DNA of 64,000 bases from Minisyncoccia bacterium (GTDB taxonomy: Bacteria > Patescibacteriota > Minisyncoccia > UBA6257 > 2-01-FULL-56-20), in contig JBEKRC010000001.1 of assembly GCA_049997875.1 (NCBI GenBank), positions 236,609 to 300,608 of the forward strand, in the 5' to 3' direction. The notes under the pieces were generated by a model, which was not told the DNA's origin, did no database searches, and saw only the letters and a program-made list of their open reading frames with translations. The position numbers and the translations under genes are program-made. This document shows, piece after piece, positions 38,753 to 46,983 of this stretch (the first letter of the stretch is position 1; each line of letters opens with the position of its first letter).

Positions 38753-38804
38753 ATTAAAAAATTATTAAAGAAAGCTTGCAATTGTTCCTTTTTTCATTAC
38801 GATG
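38753..38804 (+). promoter_or_regulatory. Promoter: same AT-rich 17-mer + TTGCAA-N17-(T)ACGAT
   Basis: ATTAAAAAATTATTAAA 38753-38769, TTGCAA 38776-38781, TACGAT 38798-38803, overlapping the annotated ATG. Confidence 0.45.
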
Positions 38805-39077
38805 AAAGCACGTCGAGAAAATAAAAAAGATTTTATCAAGATGACCGTTGCAAATCTCATGAAGCAGGCGGAGAAAGTGCGCATCACCCAGGTTGGGAAA
38901 AAGCGGATCGCGACCATGCCCGCGAAGATATGGGAGGAAATCGAAGATTGTCTTGAAGAACTTGCGTGGAGCCAGTCGCCGCGTTTCATCGCGAAGATAA
39001 AGCAGGCGCGTGAAGACATTAAAAAGGGGCGATATGCTACTCTTGAAGAGGTCAGAAGCCGGCTTCTTAAAAAATGA
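38802..39077 (+). CDS. Type II antitoxin (RelB/DinJ- or Phd/YefM-like)
   Basis: Small basic/acidic alpha-helical protein directly upstream of a RelE/ParE-like ORF with a 9-nt gap. The true start may be the internal MTVANLM. Confidence 0.5.
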   Translation: MKARRENKKDFIKMTVANLMKQAEKVRITQVGKKRIATMPAKIWEEIEDCLEELAWSQSPRFIAKIKQAREDIKKGRYATLEEVRSRLLKK

Positions 39078-39086
39078 TATCGCTTC

Positions 39087-39328
39087 ATGATTATAACGGC
39101 ACACGCAGAGGAAGATCTGCGGAGTTTTCCTGCCGACGTCCAAGAAAGGATTTTGTCTAAACTCGCTTTTTACATTGCTTCCGATAATCCGCTTGTCTTT
39201 GCAAGAAAACTTCATGGCAGCTATTTGGGCCACTATCGATTTCGCGTGGGCGAGTACCGCGTTATATTGATTTGATTGAAGGCAACATTCATGTTCTTGC
39301 GGTTGAGCATCGGAAAGATGCATATTGA
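39087..39328 (+). pseudogene. RelE/ParE-family toxin disrupted by frameshift (5-bp TTGAT tandem duplication)
   Basis: Frame A ends ...GEYRVILI* at 39275. The -1 frame continues IDLIEGNIHVLAVEHRKDAY* (canonical RelE/ParE C-terminus) to 39328. Deleting one TTGAT copy restores ...YRVILIEGNIHVLAVEHRKDAY. Confidence 0.55.
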
Positions 39329-39346
39329 AACCGTCGCCGCAAAAGC

Positions 39347-39375
39347 TTGACGGGCGTCTCTCGCGGTGCTATACT
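39347..39375 (+). promoter_or_regulatory. Promoter TTGACG-N17-TATACT upstream of secE-nusG
   Basis: TTGACG 39347-39352, TATACT 39370-39375. Confidence 0.45.
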
Positions 39376-39431
39376 CCCCACAATGCCTCCGAATGCCGCA
39401 GATATAGCGGTATTTTATTTAGGGGGGTATA

Positions 39432-39629
39432 GTGATTACTATGTTTGCACGCATCAAACATTTTTTTGCGGAGTCGCGGCAGGAGCTGCGGCATGTGAAC
39501 TGGCCGACACGCCAGGAGGCCGTGCGGCTCACAATGATCGTGATCGGCATTTCTCTCGGCATCGCTGCGTTCCTCGGCTTGTGCGATTATCTTTTTACCA
39601 ACGTCATTAAAGCATTGATTACCCGCTAA
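39432..39629 (+). CDS. secE: Preprotein translocase subunit SecE
   Basis: 65 aa, single C-terminal TM (IVIGISLGIAAFLGLCDYLF); conserved secE-nusG synteny. Confidence 0.65.
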   Translation: MITMFARIKHFFAESRQELRHVNWPTRQEAVRLTMIVIGISLGIAAFLGLCDYLFTNVIKALITR

Positions 39630-39630
39630 C

Positions 39631-40203
39631 ATGGCATTATATCCTTCGCGTCCCGGCATGCACAGCGAGAAGACAAAATCGCGGCAATGGTATGCGGTGC
39701 AGACGTATTCCGGCTACGAGGAAGCGGTGGCGCGTTATTTGAAACAACGCGTGGAGTCATTGGAGATGGGCGACAAGATATTCAATATTCTGGTTCCGAA
39801 GGAAAAGACGATCAGGGTGAAGGGCGGCAAGCGTCAGACCATTGAGGAAAAGATCTATCCGGGCTATGTGCTCGTGGAGATGATCCTTTCCGAGGATTCG
39901 TGGTACGTGGTGCGGAATACGCCGCGCGTGACAGGTTTCGTCGGTCCCGACAATACGACGCCGACGCCGCTTTCTAAGGAAGAGGTGGATCAATTGCTCG
40001 CGCGCACGGGCGCTGCCGAAGGCAAGATGATTCTTGACCTCAAAGTGGGCGATTTGGTAAAAATAACCGACGGGCCGTTCAAGGACTACGACGGCAAGAT
40101 TGCGGAAGTGAACGAAGAAAAGGGAAGCGTCAAGGTGCTTGTGCCGATCTTTGGACGCGATACCGCGGTTGAGCTGGATTCTTTGCAAGTAAAGAAAGTA
40201 TAA
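39631..40203 (+). CDS. nusG: Transcription termination/antitermination factor NusG
   Basis: NGN domain (WYAVQTYSGYEE) and KOW (GDLVKITDGPFKDYDGKIAEV). Confidence 0.85.
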   Translation: MALYPSRPGMHSEKTKSRQWYAVQTYSGYEEAVARYLKQRVESLEMGDKIFNILVPKEKTIRVKGGKRQTIEEKIYPGYVLVEMILSEDSWYVVRNTPRVTGFVGPDNTTPTPLSKEEVDQLLARTGAAEGKMILDLKVGDLVKITDGPFKDYDGKIAEVNEEKGSVKVLVPIFGRDTAVELDSLQVKKV

Positions 40204-40208
40204 CTATC

Positions 40209-40412
40209 ATGCCCCAACAGTGTTTTTTCTGCTCGCAGAATTTGAAGAACGTTGATTATAAGGAGGTGGATCTCCTGCGGCGTTTTGTTTCAAGTCAGGC
40301 GAAGATCATTGATCCGCGCCATACGGGCGTTTGCGCAAAGCACCAGCGGAAACTTGCGCAGGCGATCAAACGTGCGCGGTACATGGGCCTTTTGGCCTAC
40401 GTTGCCAAGTAG
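40209..40412 (+). CDS. rpsR: 30S ribosomal protein S18
   Basis: CFFC ... VDYKEVDLLRRFVS...GKI..R.TG.CAKHQRKLAQAIKRAR S18 signature. Confidence 0.75.
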   Translation: MPQQCFFCSQNLKNVDYKEVDLLRRFVSSQAKIIDPRHTGVCAKHQRKLAQAIKRARYMGLLAYVAK

Positions 40413-40444
40413 CCTGCTCAGCAGATGTGCTTTAATTAAGGGGT

Positions 40445-41008
40445 ATGGCCGCATTCAACCAAGCGCTTTTTCAGCTTGTCCATCAGTTCGCCGGCCGGAA
40501 TTTTTTCCTTGATGATCTCGGCATCTTTCTTGCGGAGTATCTGCCGTATCTCCTCGTGGCGGCTTTTTTGGTGCTTGCGTGGTACGAAAACGGCTGGCGG
40601 AAAAAGTTCTACCTGTTCGCCGAGGGTGCGATCGCCGTCATGCTCTCGCGTGGATTACTCACCGAGATCATCCGTTTTTTTTACCATCACGAGCGTCCAT
40701 TCTCGTTTTATAATTTCGCGCCGCTCATCGCGGAATCCGGTTGGTCTTTTCCCTCGGGACATATGGCATGGTTTTTCGCGCTCTCGCTCACCGTGTGGTA
40801 CGCGAACCGGAAATGGGGATGGTGGTTCTTCGGGCTTTCCGCGCTCACGGGCATTGCGCGCATCTACGTCGGCATCCACTGGCCGCTTGATATTCTGGGT
40901 GGCGTGCTCGTTGGCCTTGCCTCGGCGTGGTTCGTGCACTGGCTGCTTGGAAAAAGCAGGAAAGCATTGTACGAGGAGCGCGAGCCCGCGGCCGCTACGG
41001 CACAGTGA
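40445..41008 (+). CDS. PAP2-family membrane phosphatase (undecaprenyl-diphosphatase/PgpB-like)
   Basis: PSGH and SRIYVGIHWPLD motifs (KxxxxxxRP / PSGH / SRxxxxxHxxxD). Confidence 0.6.
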   Translation: MAAFNQALFQLVHQFAGRNFFLDDLGIFLAEYLPYLLVAAFLVLAWYENGWRKKFYLFAEGAIAVMLSRGLLTEIIRFFYHHERPFSFYNFAPLIAESGWSFPSGHMAWFFALSLTVWYANRKWGWWFFGLSALTGIARIYVGIHWPLDILGGVLVGLASAWFVHWLLGKSRKALYEEREPAAATAQ

Positions 41009-41024
41009 TTTTCTGTGTAATGCA

Positions 41025-42119
41025 CTAAGACCGCCCGGTTTCTTTCCCGACCGCTTCGCTTATATGCGAGTAGCCGTCGCGCGCGAGGAGCGTGACGAGC
41101 CCTTTATTTATCTTTTTCACGGCTGTTGGTCCTCCGTAGATGAGGCCGGTGATGATCTGTACGAGCGAGGCGCCCGCCTTTATTTTTTCATAGGCATCCT
41201 CCGCGGTGAAGATTCCGCCAAGTCCTATGATGACGTACTCCCCCCGGGTCGCGCGGTAGATGTGGCGGATGAGGCCCGTCGCAAGTTCGCGGATCGGTTT
41301 CCCCGAAATGCCGCCCGCGGGGATGAGGTCAAGCCGTTTCTTCGGTGACTTGAACGCGAGGATGTCGCGCCGTTTTGAGAGATTGCCGACGACGAACCCG
41401 TCCACGAAAGAATATTTTTTGACGACCGCAAGGATTTCGTCCACTTCTTTTTCCGTGAGATGATTAGAAATTTTGAGGAGCACCGGGCACGGTTTTTTTT
41501 CTTTTGCAATTGCCGCGAGCAGCTCGTCCAGCAATTTCGGATCTTGGAACATGCAGCCATCCTGGGCGTTCGGGCAGGAAACATTGAGTGTCACGTACGA
41601 AAAATATTTTCCGAGCATCCGGTAGGTCGCTGCATAATCTTCAACCGATTTCTCTCCTTTGATGTCGGCGCGGTTTGTTTTCGCGATGTTCACGCCCACA
41701 GGTATCGCGAAAGGCAGGCGCTGCAGTTTTTTAAGAATGGCTTCCGCCCCGATGTTTTTCAAACCGTAATAGACGATGAGCGATTGGTCGGCCGGGAGGC
41801 GGGCGAGCCGGAGGCCCTTGTTCCCTTCATAGGGATGATGCGTCACCGCGCCAACCTCCATGAAGCCGAATCCGACCGACGGCATGATCCCCGTGAGGCG
41901 TACGTCTTTGTCAAACCCCGCCGCAAGCCCGACGGGATTTTTGAAATCAATGCCGAGCACCCGCGTGCGGAGCGCAGGATGATCGTATTCGCAAAAAGCG
42001 CCCGTGAGGCGGCGCGTGAGAGAAAACTTTCCAAGCGTTTCGCCGAACGCTACAAAAAAATCATGCACCCCTTCCGGATCAAAACGGAAAAGGATCGGCT
42101 TCAGGATGCGCTCATACAT
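41025..42119 (-). CDS. pyrD: Dihydroorotate dehydrogenase, class 2 (membrane/quinone-type)
   Basis: Class-2 N-terminal extension (ILKPILFRFDPEGVHDF), GLKNIG, NVSCPN (Ser active site = class 2), GGIFTAEDAYEKIKAGASLVQ. Confidence 0.8.
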   Translation of the reverse strand: MYERILKPILFRFDPEGVHDFFVAFGETLGKFSLTRRLTGAFCEYDHPALRTRVLGIDFKNPVGLAAGFDKDVRLTGIMPSVGFGFMEVGAVTHHPYEGNKGLRLARLPADQSLIVYYGLKNIGAEAILKKLQRLPFAIPVGVNIAKTNRADIKGEKSVEDYAATYRMLGKYFSYVTLNVSCPNAQDGCMFQDPKLLDELLAAIAKEKKPCPVLLKISNHLTEKEVDEILAVVKKYSFVDGFVVGNLSKRRDILAFKSPKKRLDLIPAGGISGKPIRELATGLIRHIYRATRGEYVIIGLGGIFTAEDAYEKIKAGASLVQIITGLIYGGPTAVKKINKGLVTLLARDGYSHISEAVGKETGRS

Positions 42120-42570
42120 GGTGTTCTGTGGCGGGGCGTTCTACGGTTGGGGAGGCAGTGGAAGCTACGGCGGCGCGGGATTTTCGAAGGCCCACGAGCG
42201 CAGTCACAAAAATGGCGATGTAAAAGATGAGGCCGTACGCGCAGGTGGAGAGACCGAGCGTTCCCGTAACGTGCGCTGCCGCGATTTCCTGGACGACAAA
42301 GCTGCCTGCGAATATGATGCCGAGGAGCGATACTGCCGCATCCGCCTTACACAGTGCGACGAGGGGCAACTTCCGCGTGAGTCCTATGCCCGTCACGATG
42401 AACATAAAAAGATACATGGAGAATCCGTACCAACAGGCGGGGTAGCCAAGAAAGTACGGGCATGATTCGTTGAATGCGCAGGCACCGGAGAAAAGTTTTA
42501 CGGCGCTCAAGTAGCCGGAAAAAAGCAGCCCTGCCGAGATAAAGACGAAGAGGATAACTATGATTTTCAT
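42112..42570 (-). CDS. Small 4-TM cysteine-containing membrane protein (VKOR/DsbB-like?)
   Basis: Loop with CAFNESC (C-x5-C) followed by PYFLGYPACWYG; overlaps the pyrD start by 8 nt. No CxxC, so VKOR assignment is weak. Confidence 0.3.
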   Translation of the reverse strand: MKIIVILFVFISAGLLFSGYLSAVKLFSGACAFNESCPYFLGYPACWYGFSMYLFMFIVTGIGLTRKLPLVALCKADAAVSLLGIIFAGSFVVQEIAAAHVTGTLGLSTCAYGLIFYIAIFVTALVGLRKSRAAVASTASPTVERPATEHHV

Positions 42571-42642
42571 GGTTCCATTATACTCCCTTCGCGCCTCGCG
42601 TGCGAATTCAAAGACGCGACGGCGCTGTGGTAAAATTGAGAG

Positions 42643-43071
42643 ATGACACTCTCACGGCTCGTCCGGCCGTCGCGCAGTGCAGCCCGCATGATAGGCCGCC
42701 TTGTCCCCCAGCTTTCTTCCTCGCGGAAGGCGGCGTTATCGTACGCCGCGCTCCGCGCAATCACGCGCGATCGGAATGTCCACCTTATTGTTTTGAAAGA
42801 CGGCGGGAACATCGTCGGGACGGGGACGCTTGTCCTTATGCCGACCATCCTTGGGATCCGCGCGCGGATAGAAGATGTGATTGTGGATGCGGCATACCGC
42901 CGCAGGGGTTTGGGGGGACGCTTGGTGCGGTGCCTCATCGCTATTGCGAAGAAAAAGAAGGCGCGCAACATAGAACTTTCAAGTCGCGCCGAGCGGATTG
43001 CGGCCCACAAGCTCTATCTGAAGCACGGCTTCAAGGAGAAAGAGACGAATATCTATGTGCTCAAGCTCTAG
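42643..43071 (+). CDS. GNAT family N-acetyltransferase
   Basis: RRRGLGGRLVRCL acetyl-CoA loop and KHGFKEKETN. Start uncertain. Confidence 0.55.
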   Translation: MTLSRLVRPSRSAARMIGRLVPQLSSSRKAALSYAALRAITRDRNVHLIVLKDGGNIVGTGTLVLMPTILGIRARIEDVIVDAAYRRRGLGGRLVRCLIAIAKKKKARNIELSSRAERIAAHKLYLKHGFKEKETNIYVLKL

Positions 43072-43078
43072 GCGCTGA

Positions 43079-43471
43079 ATGAGGTCCAACTTCCTTTTCA
43101 AGATAGAGGGCGCCGTGCAGAGAGGAGACAGGGAAGGGAGCAAACTTGGATTCCCAACGGCAAACATTGGTACGGCACAATCCGTGCCGAGCGGCATTTA
43201 CGCGGGAGAGGCAACGTGGAAAGGGACCGTGTATCCCGCGGCGATTTACAAAGAGGATGGACGAAATGTGGTTGAGGCACACCTCATTGATTTTTCCGGC
43301 GAGTTGTACGGTGAGCAGCTCATTGTCGTTGCGTATAAAAAAATACGGGAGGTGAAAAAATTCAAAAACACGGAAGAACTCATCGCGGCCATTACGAGCG
43401 ATGTCAAAAAGATCAAACAGTGGTGGTTCCTATCCCGCGACCTCCACGCCGCCCGCGGCGATCGGAACTAG
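43079..43471 (+). CDS. ribK: Riboflavin kinase (monofunctional, CTP/ATP-dependent)
   Basis: GRGSKLGFPTAN flavokinase motif and LIDFSGELYG. Confidence 0.65.
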   Translation: MRSNFLFKIEGAVQRGDREGSKLGFPTANIGTAQSVPSGIYAGEATWKGTVYPAAIYKEDGRNVVEAHLIDFSGELYGEQLIVVAYKKIREVKKFKNTEELIAAITSDVKKIKQWWFLSRDLHAARGDRN

Positions 43472-44395
43472 CTCGGCGTCGGTCGCGTCCGCTTTTGCGT
43501 TGCTGCCCGTGAGCTTGAAGACGGCGAAGAGAAGCACCGCGATGCCTGCGATTTGCATTGGCGCAAGCATAGCACTCAAAAAAATCCAGTTCACGACCAC
43601 GGCCGCCATGGGGAATCCGAGCTCGGCGATCGTCGCGACGGACGCCTTCGTATACGCAAGGCCTTTGTAGTAGATCAAAAGCGAAACGACGCCGGAGGCG
43701 ACGGCAATAATAAGAATAAAAAGCGCGTCTTTCGGGGAGAACTGGCCGGGAGCGGGAAACGACCGTTGCCAGAAATTCAGGAGGAGAAGAAACAGGAACC
43801 CGAACGCGAAGCGCAGGCCGGTCATGAGCCTGAAATCAATTTCGCGAAGGACGTATTTCCCAAGCACGGTTGAGGCGCCCCAGAGGAGCGCGGCGAAAAG
43901 CGCGAGCCCCACACCCAGAAGATTGGGATTCAATCCTCCGCCGAAGGAAACTTGCGGATTAAGATCGGGGAACGAAATAAGATAGGCGCCCGCAATCGCG
44001 ACCACTGCCCAGAGCCAGAATTTTTTACCAAGCTGTTCTTTGAGAAGTGCGGCTGCGAGTGCGATCGCGATCAGGGGCTGCAATTTTTGGAGCAGGATCG
44101 CGACCGACGGATTGAGGTAATGGAAGGCCTGCGTATAGGCCACCGACGCGAGCGCGCTCCCGCCTATGCCGATCGCGAGCGCCGCGAGCCACCCCTTCCA
44201 CGAAAGTTTTTTGATGCCCGCGAAGCCCGCGATGAGGATCGGAAGGAGAACAAGTATATCCACCGTGTGCTCGGCGAGGACAATAAAGTTGCTGCTCAGC
44301 CCTTTTGTGAGGTAGAGACGGAACGGCGCGTCCGTCGCCCAAAGCATTGCGGCGAAGAACACGAGATAGGGGCCGGTTTTTTTAGTGATACGCAA
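43430..44395 (-). CDS. EamA/DMT-family transporter
   Basis: 10-TM duplicated EamA architecture. Confidence 0.55.
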   Translation of the reverse strand: MRITKKTGPYLVFFAAMLWATDAPFRLYLTKGLSSNFIVLAEHTVDILVLLPILIAGFAGIKKLSWKGWLAALAIGIGGSALASVAYTQAFHYLNPSVAILLQKLQPLIAIALAAALLKEQLGKKFWLWAVVAIAGAYLISFPDLNPQVSFGGGLNPNLLGVGLALFAALLWGASTVLGKYVLREIDFRLMTGLRFAFGFLFLLLLNFWQRSFPAPGQFSPKDALFILIIAVASGVVSLLIYYKGLAYTKASVATIAELGFPMAAVVVNWIFLSAMLAPMQIAGIAVLLFAVFKLTGSNAKADATDAELVPIAAGGVEVAG

Positions 44396-44454
44396 TTTTT
44401 GGATTATACCATGCTAATGCTGCTGTGTTCGCGCTGCCACGCTTACCCTGCTGC

Positions 44455-45567
44455 TCAAACAGGAAGATCGCGAAGCGCCTCGCAAAGCTTCGCTACTTGC
44501 TCTTTGGTATGACTCGGGAAATTCCCGATTCTTATTTGGGATTCTTTTTGGGCGCCGTAGCCGCTGGCGATCACAAATCCTTTTTGCTTTAACGCTTCTA
44601 TGATCTCTTTTGAGCCCTGTTTGGCCTCGGCGACCGCGACTGTCTGCGACCGAATTTTTTTATTGCGGATGGTGAGAGTGAGCGGGGGATATTTTTCAAG
44701 CGCGGCATAGATCAACGCGGCTTTTTCTTTGGTCTCAGCCCGCAGCGCGGGAATGCCGCGCGCAAGAAAATCAAGGCATACCTCGTTCAAAAGATACATG
44801 CCGAGAACATTGGGGGTTTCGGGCGTTTGATGCCTTTTCGCATGTTTTTGAAGATTGGCGAATGAATGGAATGAGCCGGTATACTGTCCGCCGCCCGAAT
44901 CGGTGCGTTGCGCTTCAATCTGCTCTGCCTTCCGGATCGCCCTCGGGCTCACGAATATCGCGGCGAGGCCCGCAGGCAATCCGAAACCTTTTTGCACGGA
45001 AAAGAAAATGCAGTCAAATTTGGCGCAATCTATTTCGCTTGTCGGTGCGGAAGAAACGATGTCAAGGGCAAGGAGCGCGTCGGGAAATGCGGTCCGCACC
45101 GTTTCCTGGAAGTCGCGGGGGAGCGTCGTGCCGTTGCTTGTTTCGTTGTGCGTAAGGCAGACGAGCTCCGGCTGCACGCCCGCGCCCGGAGGCACGCGGT
45201 CAAGAGAAAAAGATTGATCATCGTTCGGCGGGACCGCGACCGCTGCCCTGCCGTTCGCTTGCGCGATCTCAAAAAACTTTTTTGAGAATACCCCATTTAC
45301 GAAATGCAGCGTACCCTTTTCGGAACAATTTTGGACGGTGCGTTCCATGAACTCCGTCGCCGAGGCGGCGAAGAACACCGCATAATCCCCGGGCACCGCA
45401 AAAAGTTTTTTCAGATTTTCCGAAAGGTCGGCGTAGAGTTTGCAAAATCGTTCACTGCGATGCGAAATAGAGCCGATCGCCTCCTGGTTCGCCCTGCCGA
45501 TGAAGGTTTCAAACTTCGGATGCAACTGGCTGGGGCCGACGGTGAAATAAACGGGGTTCGTGGTCAT
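44455..45567 (-). CDS. serC: Phosphoserine aminotransferase
   Basis: YFTVGPSQLHP N-terminus and SVQKGFGLPAGL PLP-lysine region, class-V aminotransferase. Adjacent serA. Confidence 0.8.
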   Translation of the reverse strand: MTTNPVYFTVGPSQLHPKFETFIGRANQEAIGSISHRSERFCKLYADLSENLKKLFAVPGDYAVFFAASATEFMERTVQNCSEKGTLHFVNGVFSKKFFEIAQANGRAAVAVPPNDDQSFSLDRVPPGAGVQPELVCLTHNETSNGTTLPRDFQETVRTAFPDALLALDIVSSAPTSEIDCAKFDCIFFSVQKGFGLPAGLAAIFVSPRAIRKAEQIEAQRTDSGGGQYTGSFHSFANLQKHAKRHQTPETPNVLGMYLLNEVCLDFLARGIPALRAETKEKAALIYAALEKYPPLTLTIRNKKIRSQTVAVAEAKQGSKEIIEALKQKGFVIASGYGAQKESQIRIGNFPSHTKEQVAKLCEALRDLPV

Positions 45568-45573
45568 TGGATA

Positions 45574-46821
45574 TCAGTATAAAATCCTCGCCTTGATGGT
45601 GTGCGGCACGGCCTTGAGCGCGGCAATAACTTCGTTCCCGTGGGTGCTCTCAATATCCGTGATCGTGTAGCCGATCGTTTCCGTGGTTTTCAGATATTGC
45701 CCGACAATGTTGATTTTGTGCGCGGCGAAAATTTCGTTCACGCGCGCGAGCATGCCCGGGATATTTTCATGGATGTGAATGATGCGATGGGCTTTCTTCA
45801 AAAGCGGCAGCCGGACATTGGGGAAATTGACGGACATACTGGTATCGCCGGTGTTCACGTAGTCAATGACGCGGCCAGCGACATAGCCGGCGATGTTCTT
45901 CTGCGCCTCTTCAGTGCTGCCGCCGATATGCGGGGTGAGAATCACGTTCGGGAGTCCCTGCAGGGGGCTTGTGAACGGGTCGGCGTTGCCTTTGGGTTCC
46001 TCGGGGAACACGTCCACGGCGGCGCCCGCTAAGTGACCCGCGGTAAGGTGCCTCGCGAGCGCATCAAGGTTCACGACGTGACCGCGGCTGATATTCACGA
46101 GATACGAACCGGGCCGCATGCGTGCGAGCTCTTTCTCTCCGATCAAATTTTTATTTTCGGCACGGCCGTCAACGTGTAACGAAACGACGTCGGATTTTCG
46201 GAGGAGTTCCGCGAGCGTCTTGCATCGTTTCGCGTTTCCAAGGGCCAGCTTTTCTTCAATATCGTAGAAATACACTTCCATGCCGAGCGCTTCGGCGAGG
46301 ACCGAGAGCTGCGACCCGATGTTGCCATATCCCACAATGCCCAGACGCTTGCCGCGCGCCTCAAAACTGCCAGAAGCACTTTTGTTCCAAGTTCCCGCAT
46401 GGAGTTGTACGCTTTTGTCAAAAACTTTTCTCAAAAGCATCAGTATTTCGCCGAGCGCGAGTTCCACGACGCTGCGGCTGTTCGCATACGGCGCATTAAA
46501 AACGGCAACGCCCCGCTTGTCGCATTCGGCGAAGTCAATTTGGTTTGTCCCAATACAGAATGCTCCTATCGCAAGGAGGCGCGGAGCCGCGGCAAGAATG
46601 TGGCCGGTGATCTTGGTTTTTGAGCGAATGCCTAAAATCCGAACATCGGCAAGTTCTTTCACGAGGTCCGCTTCATCCAGCGCCCGATCCGCGGTCTTTA
46701 CGGGATATCCTTCGGCAGAAAATGTTTTTGCCGCGTCCGCGTGGATATTTTCCAAAAGCAAAACCTTGATCTTGCTTTTGGGGTAGGAGGTCTTTTTCGC
46801 GGTGCCGTTTGTCCCTTCCAT
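45574..46821 (-). CDS. serA: D-3-phosphoglycerate dehydrogenase with C-terminal ACT domain
   Basis: 2-hydroxyacid dehydrogenase fold (GIVGYGNIGSQL NAD site, catalytic R/E/H) plus ACT. Confidence 0.8.
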   Translation of the reverse strand: MEGTNGTAKKTSYPKSKIKVLLLENIHADAAKTFSAEGYPVKTADRALDEADLVKELADVRILGIRSKTKITGHILAAAPRLLAIGAFCIGTNQIDFAECDKRGVAVFNAPYANSRSVVELALGEILMLLRKVFDKSVQLHAGTWNKSASGSFEARGKRLGIVGYGNIGSQLSVLAEALGMEVYFYDIEEKLALGNAKRCKTLAELLRKSDVVSLHVDGRAENKNLIGEKELARMRPGSYLVNISRGHVVNLDALARHLTAGHLAGAAVDVFPEEPKGNADPFTSPLQGLPNVILTPHIGGSTEEAQKNIAGYVAGRVIDYVNTGDTSMSVNFPNVRLPLLKKAHRIIHIHENIPGMLARVNEIFAAHKINIVGQYLKTTETIGYTITDIESTHGNEVIAALKAVPHTIKARILY

Positions 46822-46983
46822 AAAACCATTTTACCCTATCGCGCGGATTTTGAAACTGGCTTGCGCCGGCTCGGTCGGGACAGTTTTGTGCCAAACTCTC
46901 CTGCGGGAGCGGGCCGACGCTAGCCAGCCTCGAAACCTCTTTTGCAGAAAACTGCTGAATTCCACCATGTTATGATATAGGAG

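Noticed and set aside
42112-42570. Confident VKOR annotation for the small Cys membrane protein
   Set aside because: C-x5-C loop resembles VKOR but the catalytic CxxC in TM4 is absent (only STCAYG). Kept as a low-confidence VKOR/DsbB-like protein.
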